64,000 bases of DNA. Origin: Lama glama. Taxonomy: Eukaryota. The stretch lies in NCBI GenBank assembly GCA_028534125.1, contig CM052816.1, positions 24,182,001 to 24,246,000 on the forward strand, written 5' to 3'. Position numbers and translations under genes: made by a program. The notes beneath the pieces are model-generated. The model ran no database searches and was not told the DNA's origin. It saw only the letters and a program-made list of their open reading frames with translations. Below are positions 1 to 12,140 of this stretch, piece by piece; position 1 is the first letter of the stretch; each line of letters starts with the position of its first letter.

Positions 1-207
1 CATGGCCAGTTTTCTCTCATGATTAATTACACTCGCTGCTGCAGGAGGATTAATTTACTTTTCTAGAGCACTTTTCTTATTTCTGCTGTTAAAAAGCAAA
101 TCTCAACAATTTCCCAGCTCAGAAAGAATGGAGTCCAGTTCAGGGTGGGTGATGACAACTGTCAAAATCACAGCTTGAAAGGAAACATGGTTACCAACAG
201 AAGGAAG

Positions 208-237
208 GGTGTGTGTGTGTGTGTGCGTGTGTGTTTG
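208..237. repeat. (GT)n microsatellite
   Basis: gtgtgtgtgt...gcgtgtgtgtttg run seen directly. Confidence 0.9.
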
Positions 238-1104
238 TTGTGTGCATATAGATACATATAGTATGCACATATATGAGCATAAACATAAATCTTGTACAAT
301 TATGATTTTTCTCATTAGGGTGATTATATGTCCCTTTTATCAGGGTTGCCACCTATTTCAAAAAGCCTACTAAAATAAATGTAGAAGCAAATCAGATACT
401 GCACATTTCAGATAATAGTACAGTCAAAAAAAGAAGAGCAGATAATTGGAGACATACACAATTAGAACTCTCTTCAGATAAAGAAGTATCCCTAGTTAAT
501 TAATGTTTGTCAAGCACTTAAAAATCATACAATTTAATATCCTAGACATTCCCACCTAAAGACTGGAAGACAAAACGGAGGGGGAGAGCAGCACAGACTG
601 GTTCTGGGTCTGTCTTGCTCAGTTATTCATCAGATTTACCAAAGACAGGAGGAATAAAACCAGATGCACACAAAGTAGCTGAAGATAAATTTCCTTAAAA
701 GCTATTGCTCTACCTCTATCTCTCATTTTTCTTCATGAGTGAATCGGGAATAATTCTTCAGAAAATCATTTCACAGGAGCAGTAACATCAGATCTTAATT
801 ATTAATATCACGGTTTGTTATTTATTGAGCATCAAGAGTGCATTAGATGTTGCACAAAACAGAGATCGCTCCAAGTCGTAAATCAAGCTGATTCACTCAG
901 AAATGTGGGTCTTTAGCCTTGTTTTTTGGGGGGAGTTGGTTGATGGGATTTTGGACAGTGAGCTGGATAATGAGATGCGGCCTGTCTTGGAGGGAAGTGT
1001 CTTTCTAGCACTTCGGTTTTATCATCCACCAAATAAAAGCAAAGCAGTTTCCTGAGAATTGAAGACTCCAAACTAGGGAGTGGACTTTTAAGGAAGTCAC
1101 GTCC

Positions 1105-1900
1105 AGTGGCCTCCGACTGGCCTCCAACCTTGGCTGAGCACTGGCCCATCTCAGTAAACTATCTGAGCACACATTCTGTTATTTTTATATATTCACTTAT
1201 ACATTACACATATACAATACTTTACCAATGTATTATAATCTTTAAAGCATACAAAATGAGAAAATGTTAAAAGGTAACATGAAGAACAAATGTTTTACAA
1301 TGTTTATTTTATTATATTTTATTGTTGTATTAATAGGAATAAAAAAGTCTTTGCTCTCACTAAAAAGATGTCTCTGTTGATAATATTTCTCTACTGAGAA
1401 TCATGAAATTGAATATGATTCATTATTTGTTTAAATCTTAGTATAATACATTGTGATACTGGGATATGAAATTTTGATGCAGCTTTAAAGGCTGCCACTA
1501 ATGAGAAAGATACTTCTCAAAAATACACCCATCCAAGTAGGGAAAAAACTGCATTGTTGGCTGGGCTTACTAAATTATGAAACTAATTTTTAATCTCATC
1601 TGCCAAGTATGTAAAAGTTTTTGTAGAAATTTGCTGCTTCTATTTCTCCTGCTCTATAGTTTATTCTCGTCAACAAATTAGAACTTACTGTAGTTTTATG
1701 TATTTAATAAATTAGTTCAAAATATACTGAAACTCTCCATTTTTAAATCAGTTTTGAAATTCTATTCCTAAGTTTTCTAAGTTTATGATGTTGTGGTGTT
1801 TAAAGCTTACACACTTATACTTTGGTTTTGCAACAAAAATGACATTAGTGATGGAAACATGTTAAGCCATTATTTTCAAATGCTTTCTCCAAAGCACAAG
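1105..1900 (-). mobile_element. Decayed hAT-Charlie DNA transposon fragment
   Basis: Minus-strand translation of ~1470-1600 gives EIKN*FHNLVSPANNAVFSLLGWVYF*EVSFSLVAAFK, resembling the hAT C-terminal dimerisation motif (LLPFGSTYLCEVSFSAMTAIK-like); boundaries approximate. Confidence 0.65.
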
Positions 1901-1924
1901 ATTCTTTCAAAAAGCAACTGATTT

Positions 1925-2316
1925 CTAAGAATAAATTAATGCCATTTGCAACAACATAGATGGAACTAGAGATCATCATTCTAAGTGAAGTCAGCCAGAA
2001 AGAGAAAGAAAAATGCCATGATATCGCTTATATGTGAAATCTAAAAAAAAGGATTCAAAAGAACTTATCTACAAAACAGAAACAGACTCACAGACATAAA
2101 GAACAAACTTATAGTTACCAGAGGGTAAAGGGAGGGGAAGGGATAAATTGGGAATTCGAAAACTGCACCTCTAGGGAAGTGATGGAAACGTTAGCTATCT
2201 TGATTATGGTAGTGGTTTCACTGGTGTCTACATCTATTAAAATTCATTAAGTTGTATATCTGAAATATGTGTAGTTTACTGGACAGGAACCATACTACAA
2301 AAAAGGTGTTTTTAAA
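1925..2316 (+). mobile_element. 5'-truncated chimeric L1 insertion: cetartiodactyl L1 ORF2-end/3'UTR (~1927-2159) fused to an older L1MB/MC-like 3' end (~2160-2316)
   Basis: gccatttgcaacaacatagatggaactagag...acagactcacagacata is L1 3' sequence; gtgatggaaacgttagctatcttgattatggtagtggtttcac is an old-L1 terminus; perfect 16-bp TSD aaaaagcaactgattt at 1909-1924 and 2317-2332. Confidence 0.8.
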
Positions 2317-2409
2317 AAAAAGCAACTGATTTGTCATTTTAGAGAAGGTGTAAATTAATTTAGTTGACTGATTAAAAGCTTCATTTAAACCTAACTCTTT
2401 CATTAACTG

Positions 2410-2580
2410 GCTTGTTAATCTTGGGGCACTAACTTCACCCCTGTGTACCTGTTTCCTCATCGGTAACATGGAGTTAGTAGTCTCTACCTTCTAAGACTGT
2501 GTGAAGAGTCAATGACTAAACTCATTAAAATAGACGAATGCCTGGCCGATACTAAACCCTTTGTAAATGGAATGTGTTAA
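2410..2580 (+). mobile_element. MIR SINE
   Basis: MIR core-like ctgtgtacctgtttcctcatcggtaacatgg...gaatgcctggc. Confidence 0.7.
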
Positions 2581-3309
2581 GTGTGTTTAGTTTTACAAAA
2601 ATTTCTGCTAAGAGTTTTACTACCAACAGCTACTTGTCATCACAGGAGGCCAGCATAATCGGACATCTGTCTTTTCGTAAAAGAAAAATGCAAACCTTTA
2701 AGTTTGATTATGCTTAAGTTATTTTTGACCCAAGATAACCCACAAACCTCTCTGTGACACAAAAGACTGTCATGATTATTCCCCATTTCATTCTGTATAT
2801 TGTAAAGATTCTACTATTTGCAATTCTGTTATTTAAAATAATGTAGTTCATACATTTCTTTAACAGGGCACGATGAACCACAATACATGGAAACATGCTC
2901 ATGTGAACGAATAAGGAAGGCACTGCTGCAGCCCTAAGTATTGGAGTTCTCCTGCTCCGCCTACAGTATTTGATGTGACACTAGACTGTCTGATTCACAC
3001 AGTAAAGTATGTAAACTTTATCAACCTCAAATACCAGTAAGCTTCCCTCCCTTTTTAAAGGTGTTAGATAAAATGTCAATGTGAAGGAGATGTCCTTGTT
3101 GTTCTTCCTTCCACTGTGGAGCCCACCGATCTGGCCCAGTGGTTTCCCAGCAGAGAGTCTCTGGATTCCACCCAGAACTGCCGAGTCACACTCCCGGGTG
3201 CAGCCTGCTTCCCAATCAGCTCCCAGCCTGTGTTGGTCTGACAATAGATGACTATCTAACCTCCCCACAGGGGAGGCTTCCTTCCTGCAGCCTTGACAGG
3301 AGGTTATCT

Positions 3310-3660
3310 TCTTGAACGTTTCCAATGACAAAGAGTTTATTACCTTCTAGTGTAGCCCATCTCATTTCTAGACTCCTGTAATTGTCAGAAAATGTTTTCT
3401 TCTACCTACCTGTAATTTTACCCCCTTGTGTGCGTATTTTATTCTCTGGTGTCAGACAGAGAACACTTCACACCATTTCCCCCTGCCCCTATTCGCCCTC
3501 TCCCCTCTCCCGAACCTTCAATCAGTCCCCATTTGACATGGTTTCTGAGATGTTTTTCCCTCCCAATTCCCCTTCCCTGGCTGCTCTCCTGCTTGGAAAT
3601 GTTGGTCAGTATCCCGTGTGTCATCAGACCAGGTGAGGATGCTGTCTAAGTGTGTGACCT
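3310..3660 (-). mobile_element. L3/CR1 LINE fragment
   Basis: tccaatgacaaagagtttattaccttctagtgtagcccatctcatttctagactcctgtaattgtcagaaaatgttttct resembles the recalled L3 consensus. Confidence 0.55.
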
Positions 3661-3984
3661 CCTCTGCTGCTGTTGCAGTGGCATCATGAAGGCCAAAGAA
3701 ATCCCTCATCGTCACAAGCTAAGTGTACTGCATTCTCTCCATATGGGTGTACCACATACCTTCACTGACAGTAGAAATACCTTTTGTAATTGAGCTGATG
3801 TATTTTCAGACTCTCACTAGACATTCCTTTTATGTCTCTGCCTATGTGATATGCTGGTTCACAGTGCAAAGCCCCAACGATTTGATATTGTCTGTTTTGT
3901 GTCTCTCTATCTTAGTCTTCTTTCATACTAGAAAGTATGGGGTCAAGACAAACAATGGTCCTATAAATAAGGTCACCTGGTACC

Positions 3985-4165
3985 ACCTAGGTAACTTTTA
4001 GCAGGACACTTACCCTTTCTACATGGCTCTGTACTCACCAATAAAAGGAGGATAGCAATGCCTACCCTCCTGACCTCAGAAAGTATGAGTGAGAATTAAA
4101 TGAGTTATACATTGTGAAAGCCTTTTAAGATGGTTTAAAAGTTATAATATATTATTATTATTACA
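3985..4165 (+). mobile_element. MIR SINE
   Basis: gtgagaattaaatgagttatacattgtgaaagc, MIR 3' core. Confidence 0.6.
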
Positions 4166-4769
4166 ATGCAACCTGTAGGTGCTTAATACATATTAATGGG
4201 GAAATGAAACAGATAGATAAATGAAGGAGAGCCGACTAAATAATGACAAGAAGGGAGGATGAGAAGAAAGATAAGATGTAACATCAATTCAAGCTCTTGG
4301 CACCAGAAGCCAGTGTCTGTCACCAATGGCAACACAGAGAGAATCAATGTTTAAAAAGTCCAGTGCAGTGTTTAAAGAATGCAGGGCTTAGTTTCTGGTG
4401 AGAGATCATCTCACCCATGATTTCGATAGTTCCATGCAGTTAATGAGGCATCTAGTAGCACCTGTTCAGAATTTATCCAGGAAGAAATGTAAGAGGTAGG
4501 AGGCAAGAGCTAAGAGGCAAGATTCACATCCATCAATGCACACTGCTAGTCTTCCAGGGACAGCAACATATTTAACTGCGGAGCAGCAAATCCCATCTGA
4601 CTGTTTAAGTAAAAGGTAATGATTGATATCAAGCTGAAAGTGTCTGCCTTTCTACATTTTATTAAATAAAATACACTAATGGCATATGTATGAAATAAAA
4701 TTGCATTTTTCACAAGTTTTCCATTCTCCCATGAACTCAGCACCACAGGATATTTGGTCTTATGCATTT

Positions 4770-4960
4770 AGTCATCCATCCATTTACTCAAACAAACATC
4801 TCTTAAGTGAGTATTATGCGCAGGCTTTATCCCAGATAGAGCAAGACTAAAAGATGAATAATCTTATAGCCTGGGATCTAGAGAGCGGTGGGAAGGAGAG
4901 AGAGATGGGGAGAGAGAACAACTTCAACATAGTACAGTGTGATACAACACTGGCTGACTC
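4770..4960 (-). mobile_element. L2 3' fragment
   Basis: catccatccatttactcaaacaaacatctcttaagtg, L2 tail in reverse. Confidence 0.55.
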
Positions 4961-4999
4961 AGGGTGCAGTGGGCTCCCGGGTGATCTTGGAGCAGTGGG

Positions 5000-5470
5000 T
5001 GAGTCAGGACTCAGCTGCAGATCAGAGAAACCACACTAGCTAGCTTAAGGGAAAGAGATTTAATACAGGGAATGAGGTGCCAATCAAATCACTGAAAGAT
5101 CAGGAGGAGCACTCTGTATGCTGAGCCTAGAGAGAAGAGTTCTAGAACCATATTGAAGAATTCCTCCCCGCCACCCCAAGGGGAGTGCCCTCTGCCAAAC
5201 CCAGGAAGCCTGGGAATCAAGAGGCTGCCAATGAAATGTTAGCTCCAGGAATATATCTCATTAGCCTCTCTCCAGGGATCACAATTATTAGCTCCTGCTA
5301 GATCCTGGTTGGGTAGGGCAGCAGGGGAGGCTAATAGACCACCATGCTCTCATTATTTAACGGAGTTCTGAATTTAAGTCTTGTGTGAATGCACCTGATT
5401 AGCAGAGCCCTAAAATCGTATCTGGAGCCCAAGCTGCAGGGAAGTCTCTTTTCAGCCCTGCAGTACCAGA
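5000..5470. mobile_element. Ancient ERVL/MaLR LTR remnant (MLT1K/LTR33-like)
   Basis: gagtcaggactcagctgcagatcagagaaaccacactagctagcttaagggaaagagattta and cacctgattagcagagcc motifs. Confidence 0.45.
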
Positions 5471-6428
5471 GCACGGGGGAGAGTGAACAGCTACAAGTGG
5501 ATGGATACAGCCAGTACACGCAGCTCAGCAGAGAATGTAAAGATGGAGAGATCTTAGGGCAGGAAAGGGGATGGGCTGAAGGTAGGAGGAACAGCATGCA
5601 CATGAACCTAACCAGCACTGAAACTACACCCTGATGAGCTATGAACAGAGCCAGGGACAGCATTTTAAATGTCACAATCCTTTTGGTCATCAATGTTAAC
5701 TGGCTTCATTTTTCCCATCTGGAAAATAAGGAGAGTTTCTATGCTTCTCTCCTAATTAATCAGGAATGAATAAGAAATAGTAACATTGAAAGTCACCATC
5801 TTGGTGTGAATAGTTTTACACATGCTAGTTAGATATTCAATTTTATGAGAGAAAGGTGATCTTCATGGTTATTTGCAGAAACTCACATTGTGACCAGTAA
5901 ATTCCTTTCCTAATATTACAGCATTGCAGTTTCATTAGGACAATGTCAGAATGTTGGGCACCCAATAAGTACTTTGTTGATATGAAATAAAAATGTAATC
6001 ACTGTGAAATTCTGTTTTCCTTGGAAATGCAGAACTTTTCTCAGCTTTCTTCTAGAAATCAGCAATGGTGACACACATGTAAAAAAAATGAGTGAGCCAG
6101 AGCTTTACACTGTTTGCTGGGGCCTGTGCACAGCCATGGTGAGCGCTGGGCAAGTGGAGGATATTCCATTTGGAAGCTTTCGTGAATATGTAATGTAATG
6201 CACCTAGTCATAATAGATGTATTTTATGCAGCTTGGAAAGTCACATGCTATTTCCTTGCTAGAATGGACTCCTCTGCCCCTGCTTAAAGACGAAAAGGTT
6301 CAGCAGCTGTTAAAGTTCAGGCTACCACTGACTTACTGAGTCACGGCACACAGCCAGTGGAGACCAGATGGTGTGCAAATCACCTGTGGAAGCACAGGCG
6401 ACATTAGCTGGTAACGAACTTCAAATGC

Positions 6429-6455
6429 CTCTCTCTCTCTCTCTCTCTCTCTCTC
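6429..6455. repeat. (CT)n microsatellite
   Basis: Seen directly. Confidence 0.9.
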
Positions 6456-6827
6456 ATTCTCAACCAAGAGGAAAGAAATCCACGCAAGCTATGAGAGACT
6501 ATACAATCAGATAAGCTTTTGCAATTGGTGACGGGCAGAGAAAATACAGTGAAACATGAACTGACTGCTTCATTTGCTTGGACTCTGCCTCACGATCTGC
6601 ATTTAAGTGATAGTGATGATCAGAAAGGAGGCTAGTGCTAAACCAAGAAGTCACAAATAACCCCAGAATTAGACCCTGGGGGGGGGGGCAAAAAATTGTG
6701 AGTAGTCATCTTCATAAGCACCCATCCACCCCATGATAGTGGAAGCAAAGAGTAATTGTGGGTTGTGAGCTTTCCCCAGATGAATAGAGCTAGTAACATA
6801 TGTCTCTGCTGTGTGTTTCCTCATTTA

Positions 6828-6847
6828 CACACACACACACACACACA
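6828..6847. repeat. (AC)n microsatellite
   Basis: Seen directly. Confidence 0.9.
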
Positions 6848-9284
6848 AAGAAGAAAGAAATTTCACAAAGATGATCTATGCCCTAACCAATTAACAACTA
6901 CAAAAGAAGAAATATGACTATGCTATAATTGAATTGTCACCAGCAGTACAAGAGGGCAATGCCAAAATTTCCTTTACTTATAATGAATTTTTCTTATATT
7001 AAATATCTTTTTTCCACCAAGTTTATGCCAGTTACTCCTGTCTTGTCTCTTTGACTAATGGGAATAACTGATCCCCACTTTTTTCTAACATTCACATCTG
7101 CCCAAGGACTATTATTCTTTAGTCTTCCTGCTTTTCCCCAGAACATAGCTAACACTCTTAATTTTAGAAAGAATCTTCTAACATTTATTACTATTTCAAG
7201 AGATTTCTTCTGAATCCTGGCCAACTTGACTTGCTATCTTTTTTTAATGAAATGTTTAAAACTTAAGAATGCTTCATGCCTACAGACTAACTATCACCAA
7301 CAAGCTAGTTTAAACTGAGATTTTTTTTTCCCTCTGTTTTAATCTTTTTAAGATGAAGTAGTCACTGAGTTTATATAGTCATGAAAAGATGGTCTGGGGC
7401 TTCAAGTGTGGTCAAAATGTGGATGTCATAGAAGACTGGCCCCTCTTATGTCTGCTGAATAATTGTGAAAGGGTTGCTGTGAGGACTAAAAAGGGCAGAG
7501 CAGGAACTGTGGAAACAGAACCTCACGCAGGAATTATGGAAAAGAACACCATACAGAACTAGAGAGCCTGGCACACGGCGTAGGCCTTGGGTCAAACCCG
7601 AGGCCATTCCTCCAGTATTTTCTGGGCCATCTCAGGACTCCTGGCCCTGACACAGGAGTCTTCTCTGTGCAAGACACTTTCCCTTAGCAGGCAGGAGTCA
7701 TGCCGACATGGCTTGGTTCAAAGGGGAGACAGGCTGGTTCTCAAATGCTGAAGGGGATGACTGTCAGGTACACCAAGAGGACCCATCTGCCCTCGGGGGC
7801 CAGAGCACACCATTTCCCTAAGATAATGTGAGCAAAAAGATGGGTTAGTGGACTCTTTCAGGGGTAAAGAGGGGCATTATCCAGTTACTCCAGCCAACAA
7901 CCCATGCAAGAAGTAGGAGATCCTAGAGATTTCTTGCCTAAATATCCGAACATAACCTCATATTGTGTTCACAGGCTCTGGATAATTGCTCTGCACTTTT
8001 GCTTCACTTTGCCTGAGCAGCCTCAGCGCTCATGAAGCACCTGCAACATGGGGTGAAAGCTTCCACAGAGGCACGAAGGATTAGCCATAAATAACACCTT
8101 TGCCTACTGCAGATTTTCCCATTTTTCATGTTCATAAAGCAAAAAAACCCTGCTTTATTAATTATTCTAGCTGTTTGCCAGTTACTTACGTTTTAATGGG
8201 GCTTTGATATGTTTTCAAACCACATCTATGTTAATTCCAGCGGAAATGAAGTGCAGAAATAAACAGCAATGCTGTCGTGTGGGATCATAGTTCACGGACA
8301 CGGTGGTTCTTCTCCCATTTCCGCTGCTTCACTCTGAGGACATTAAACTATTATCAAGATCGTCTTCCCTTCCAGGCCTCAAGGATGGATCTAATTCTGT
8401 ACACCGCTCAGTCTTGATGGCTAATAGCAATAATGCTAACACAAACATCTGGACTCACTACAGGAAATCCTTTCCTTCATCTTGAGAGCCAGCCGCCAAT
8501 CCGAGGGAAAGGCAGGGAAGAGCTTCTGCACCTCAGCCCCCAACGGAGAAATGCAGCAGACAGGTTTTCTAGGAAGTAAGGAGGGGGACTGACAAGAAAT
8601 GAAAACTGAACTTCAGAGAACATTCTCCTGCCATCAAAGTAGTACTCCATGTGGAGTTTTTATATTTAAAAAATACTAGGGCAAGAGATTTAGAATACAG
8701 GATTTTAAATTTCTTTTAAGTAACTCACAAACATTCCTAATTTAACTAAAGTCATGCACATACCTTAAAAATGCTGACAGAACAAAGTGAAATAGAAGGT
8801 TTTTAATAACTATATTTGGAACCCTGGTCCTAGCCCAGTAAGATGGAAGTAAGGTCGATCTAAACTCCCAAGCTGGAGATAGTAGAAATCCAATATTTCT
8901 CTGATCATATGGAGGGGGGAGGATTTATAGTCACAGAAGTGCTTTTTTTCAGCTTTCCAGCCTCTCTGAATTGCTCTCTGAGGTTTCCTGTGTTTACACT
9001 CACTATGCCAGTGACCCTACATGGGACTCAAATCCTCGATGACTCCACTTGCCATGTGCCCTCTCACGTCTACCACCAAAGCATCATCAAACATGGTACC
9101 AGGATTTTCACCAGAAAGAATGGGAGCCTCCAAGTGGGTACCATGGGGACAATGTTATGTTACATCTTGCACTGTAAGAAAAGTACTTGAAAACCCTGAA
9201 TTAATCTTTTCCTTCATCCTACCACCTAAGCCATTTAACTTCCCACAATTTTGCTGATCCTTCTCAGCTCTCTTCCCTCACAGC

Positions 9285-9714
9285 TGTTATGGGGTGAATT
9301 ATGTCCCCCAAAGACACATTCAAGTGCTAATTCCTAGTAATTGTGGATGTGACCTTATTTAGAAATAGGGTCCTTGCAGATGCAGTCAAGTTAAGATGAA
9401 GCCATTAGGCCTAATCCAGTATGACTGATGTCCTTATAAGAAGCAAAGAAGAGGTCCAGAGACGCACAGGGAGAAGGCATGTGACCACAGAGCCAGGGAT
9501 TGGAGTAATGCAGTTACAAGCCAAAAAGTACTCAGGATGGCCAGCCACCAACAGAGCTAGGAAGAGACAAGGGAAGATTCCACCCAGAGACTTAGAGGAA
9601 GCATAGCCCTGCTAACACCTTGATTTTAGACTTTCAGCCTCCCAAACTGTGAGAGAATAAATGTTTGCTATTTAAAGCCCCCACTTTGTTAGGGCACTCC
9701 TAGGAACTAATGCA
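9285..9714 (+). mobile_element. MaLR solo LTR (MLT1B/C-like)
   Basis: TG...CA ends (tgttatggggtgaattatgtccccc ... ggaactaatgca), gtgaccttatttagaaatagggtc, internal aataaa; degenerate 5-bp TSD acagc/acatc. Confidence 0.85.
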
Positions 9715-10089
9715 ACATCTCCCTCTTCCTTCTCTCTCCCTCCCTCCCATTTTTTCAGCAGAGATATTTAGCATCTCTTAAGTGACCTTGATACCCACTC
9801 TCAGATCCTCAACTCTGCCCCACCAGCAGCTAATGAATGTGTTTTCCTATTTAAGGGCGGTTCCATCTGTAAGAGACATTCTGGTGCCAGTGGTTAAGAA
9901 ACAAAAATTTTTTTCTCTGCTACATAGAGTATATTTACAGCATTAAAAACAAATAATCCAAAGTGACTAAATTAGATTTGGAGATTAAAACTCTCCAAAT
10001 CAGCTGTTGGCCTTGATCAAATAAGCAGACTCTTGCTTCGTAACCACTGACAGCTTCTTGTTGTCAATAGAGATGAAGACCCTCCTGCT

Positions 10090-10445
10090 TATCCTAAAGC
10101 TGATGTGAACTGACCTCTGCTTCCCTCCCTCTGCCTTACCCCGGACTGCTCCCCAGTGTCTATTCTTGGCTCTGACAATACCAGCCTCTTTCACTTCCTC
10201 TTTTTCAACACATACTTCCTTCACCCTCACAGTGTTGACTCTGTCTCTCCTATGGCCTGGAACTCTTTTTCTCCGGACCCCTGCCCCAGTCCCTCTCTGA
10301 ACAACTGCCTGATCATTCTCTGATCTCACTCAAATATCAAGTTCTCTGTGAGGTCTTTCTTCACACCCCAGGACTGAGCCACATCCTCCAATCACAGACC
10401 TTTATGGCACCCATTGCTTTTCCTTACAAGTGTCTATTAGTTTTT
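10090..10445 (+). mobile_element. L2 fragment (5' part, split by Tigger)
   Basis: ctcactcaaatatcaagttctctgtgaggtctttct, L2-like; continues at ~11200. Confidence 0.55.
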
Positions 10446-10449
10446 AACC

Positions 10450-11191
10450 ACCATAGAAATGCTTTTAATTGAGCTCCTCTGAGGAATTAACTGAAGTCTT
10501 CAAATCTGTCTGTGAAATGTTTTGACTGACTGCCAGAGTATGATAAATGCTTGTGACTTCTGCCACCTAGTAAGTAACCTCATCACTTCTACCCCCACCA
10601 ACTGACTGAGCACTAGCCTTACAAAGAGGAGGTTGTTTTTGTTCCCAAACCCGTTTCTGGTGGTTGAACTTGATTACTATAATTACATAGTTTTATTAAA
10701 TATCACCTAAACTGATCAAATATGAGCATAAAAAGAGAGTCGCTGTTTCTATGAAAACTTAAGTTCAATGACTTGAAAAAGCTGGGGGAAAAATTGCTCT
10801 TAAATCAGTGGTAGGCAAGACAAGTGTAAGAGACTAGGGAAAAAAATAATAAAAATCTAAATGAACTCAAATTACTTCACAAGTGTCTTTAAGTTCTCCC
10901 TCCACTTTAAAGTGTCTGAAACAGCAAATTACAGATGATACACATTTTGAGTGGGCTTTGTACAAGAAAGATGATGTAAGCTTTCAGTTACCAGCCTGAT
11001 CCTCAAAGAAAGCACTTTGGCCCTACCAAATTTGGCAAATAAATGTTCATTTACATGTTTTAAGGAAAAAATAAAATAATTATACACACACACCCATTTT
11101 CATCTTTTAATTATTTCCCATTCTACCTGCATTTTCCAATTACCTAATCAGCTACTAGTCTTGCTCTCATTGGAGAAAGGGCCTTCTACAG
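10450..11191 (+). mobile_element. Tigger (TcMar/pogo) DNA transposon, Tigger13a-like
   Basis: Degenerate CENP-B-type transposase N-terminus: KRVAVSMK...VGKTSVRD*G...TQITSQVSLSSPSTLK...VGFVQER...LILKESTLAL; ends ccttctacag-ta. Confidence 0.7.
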
Positions 11192-11199
11192 TAAAATAT

Positions 11200-11370
11200 C
11201 AGTAAATATTTATTGATGTGATCATATGACTAGCATTCATCTTCCCCAGTTGACTGTGAGTTCCATTACAACAAGGGGCATGTCTACTTGGTTCGACCCC
11301 AGAGTTCTAACGGCTAGTACTGGCACACAGGACGTACTCAATAAGCATTATTCTGAAGAAATGAATGAAA
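11200..11370 (+). mobile_element. L2 3' end
   Basis: gactgtgagttcc...tactggcacacaggacgtactcaataagcattattctgaagaaatgaatgaa. Confidence 0.75.
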
Positions 11371-11919
11371 GAGAATTTCCCTTTATTTTGGGCTGTCCAG
11401 ACATAGTAGGTCATATAGAAAAATATTTAAGCATATTTCTGAAAGATGCTGAAAGCAGTGAAAATTATCCCTCAGAGTTCTTCTGAGCAGTAAGTGTTAG
11501 CTTCAGCTCTGTGGAATAGTGCTCAGAGTGTTCGGGCATGTTTGAGGACGGCAGTGTCTTTTCCTTCTAACCGGTAGGCTGGTTGCCCTGTTCTGTCTGA
11601 ACAGGACGCCCTAGATAGGTGTGGGTCTGAAGCAGGGAGCAAAGGAAGCACTTTTTACTCTCCTCTCCTCTTTGTATGCTGTGAGGAACCTATCCGCCTC
11701 CATGATCCAGGCTTACGGGACATAACAGATGGGGTTAATCCATAAAAATGAAAAACTTTTCCCATTTCAACTCCATTTCCTGCTTCTCTAGGTAAAACAA
11801 AGCTTTCCCTGAGGAAATGATGTAAATGCACTCAAACGTTCTTAAAAGAGCCCACATAGCACAAAATATTGCTATACATTGAACCATGTTTCTTTTCATT
11901 TACCTTTAAAAAGAAATAC

Positions 11920-12140
11920 TAATGTAGTAGTGGAAAAAATACAGATGGGGTTAGGACATGCTTTCCAATCTCTGCTTCATTGTGATTCCCCTCCTAAGCT
12001 TCAATTTCCTTGTCTGGAAAATGGGCTTCGGTAAAAAGAAATTCCCTACCTATCTTACAGAATTACTGTGAAGGATCAAAATAAAGAATATACATGAGAA
12101 TCCTTGGAATACTACAAAAGGGGATACATGTGAATCCTGT
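11920..12140 (+). mobile_element. MIR SINE
   Basis: aagcttcaatttccttgtctggaaaatggg...ctgtgaaggatcaaa. Confidence 0.6.

Noticed and set aside
6677..6688. Poly-G tracts here and at 17556-17569
   Set aside because: Simple homopolymers of unreliable length with no supporting context.
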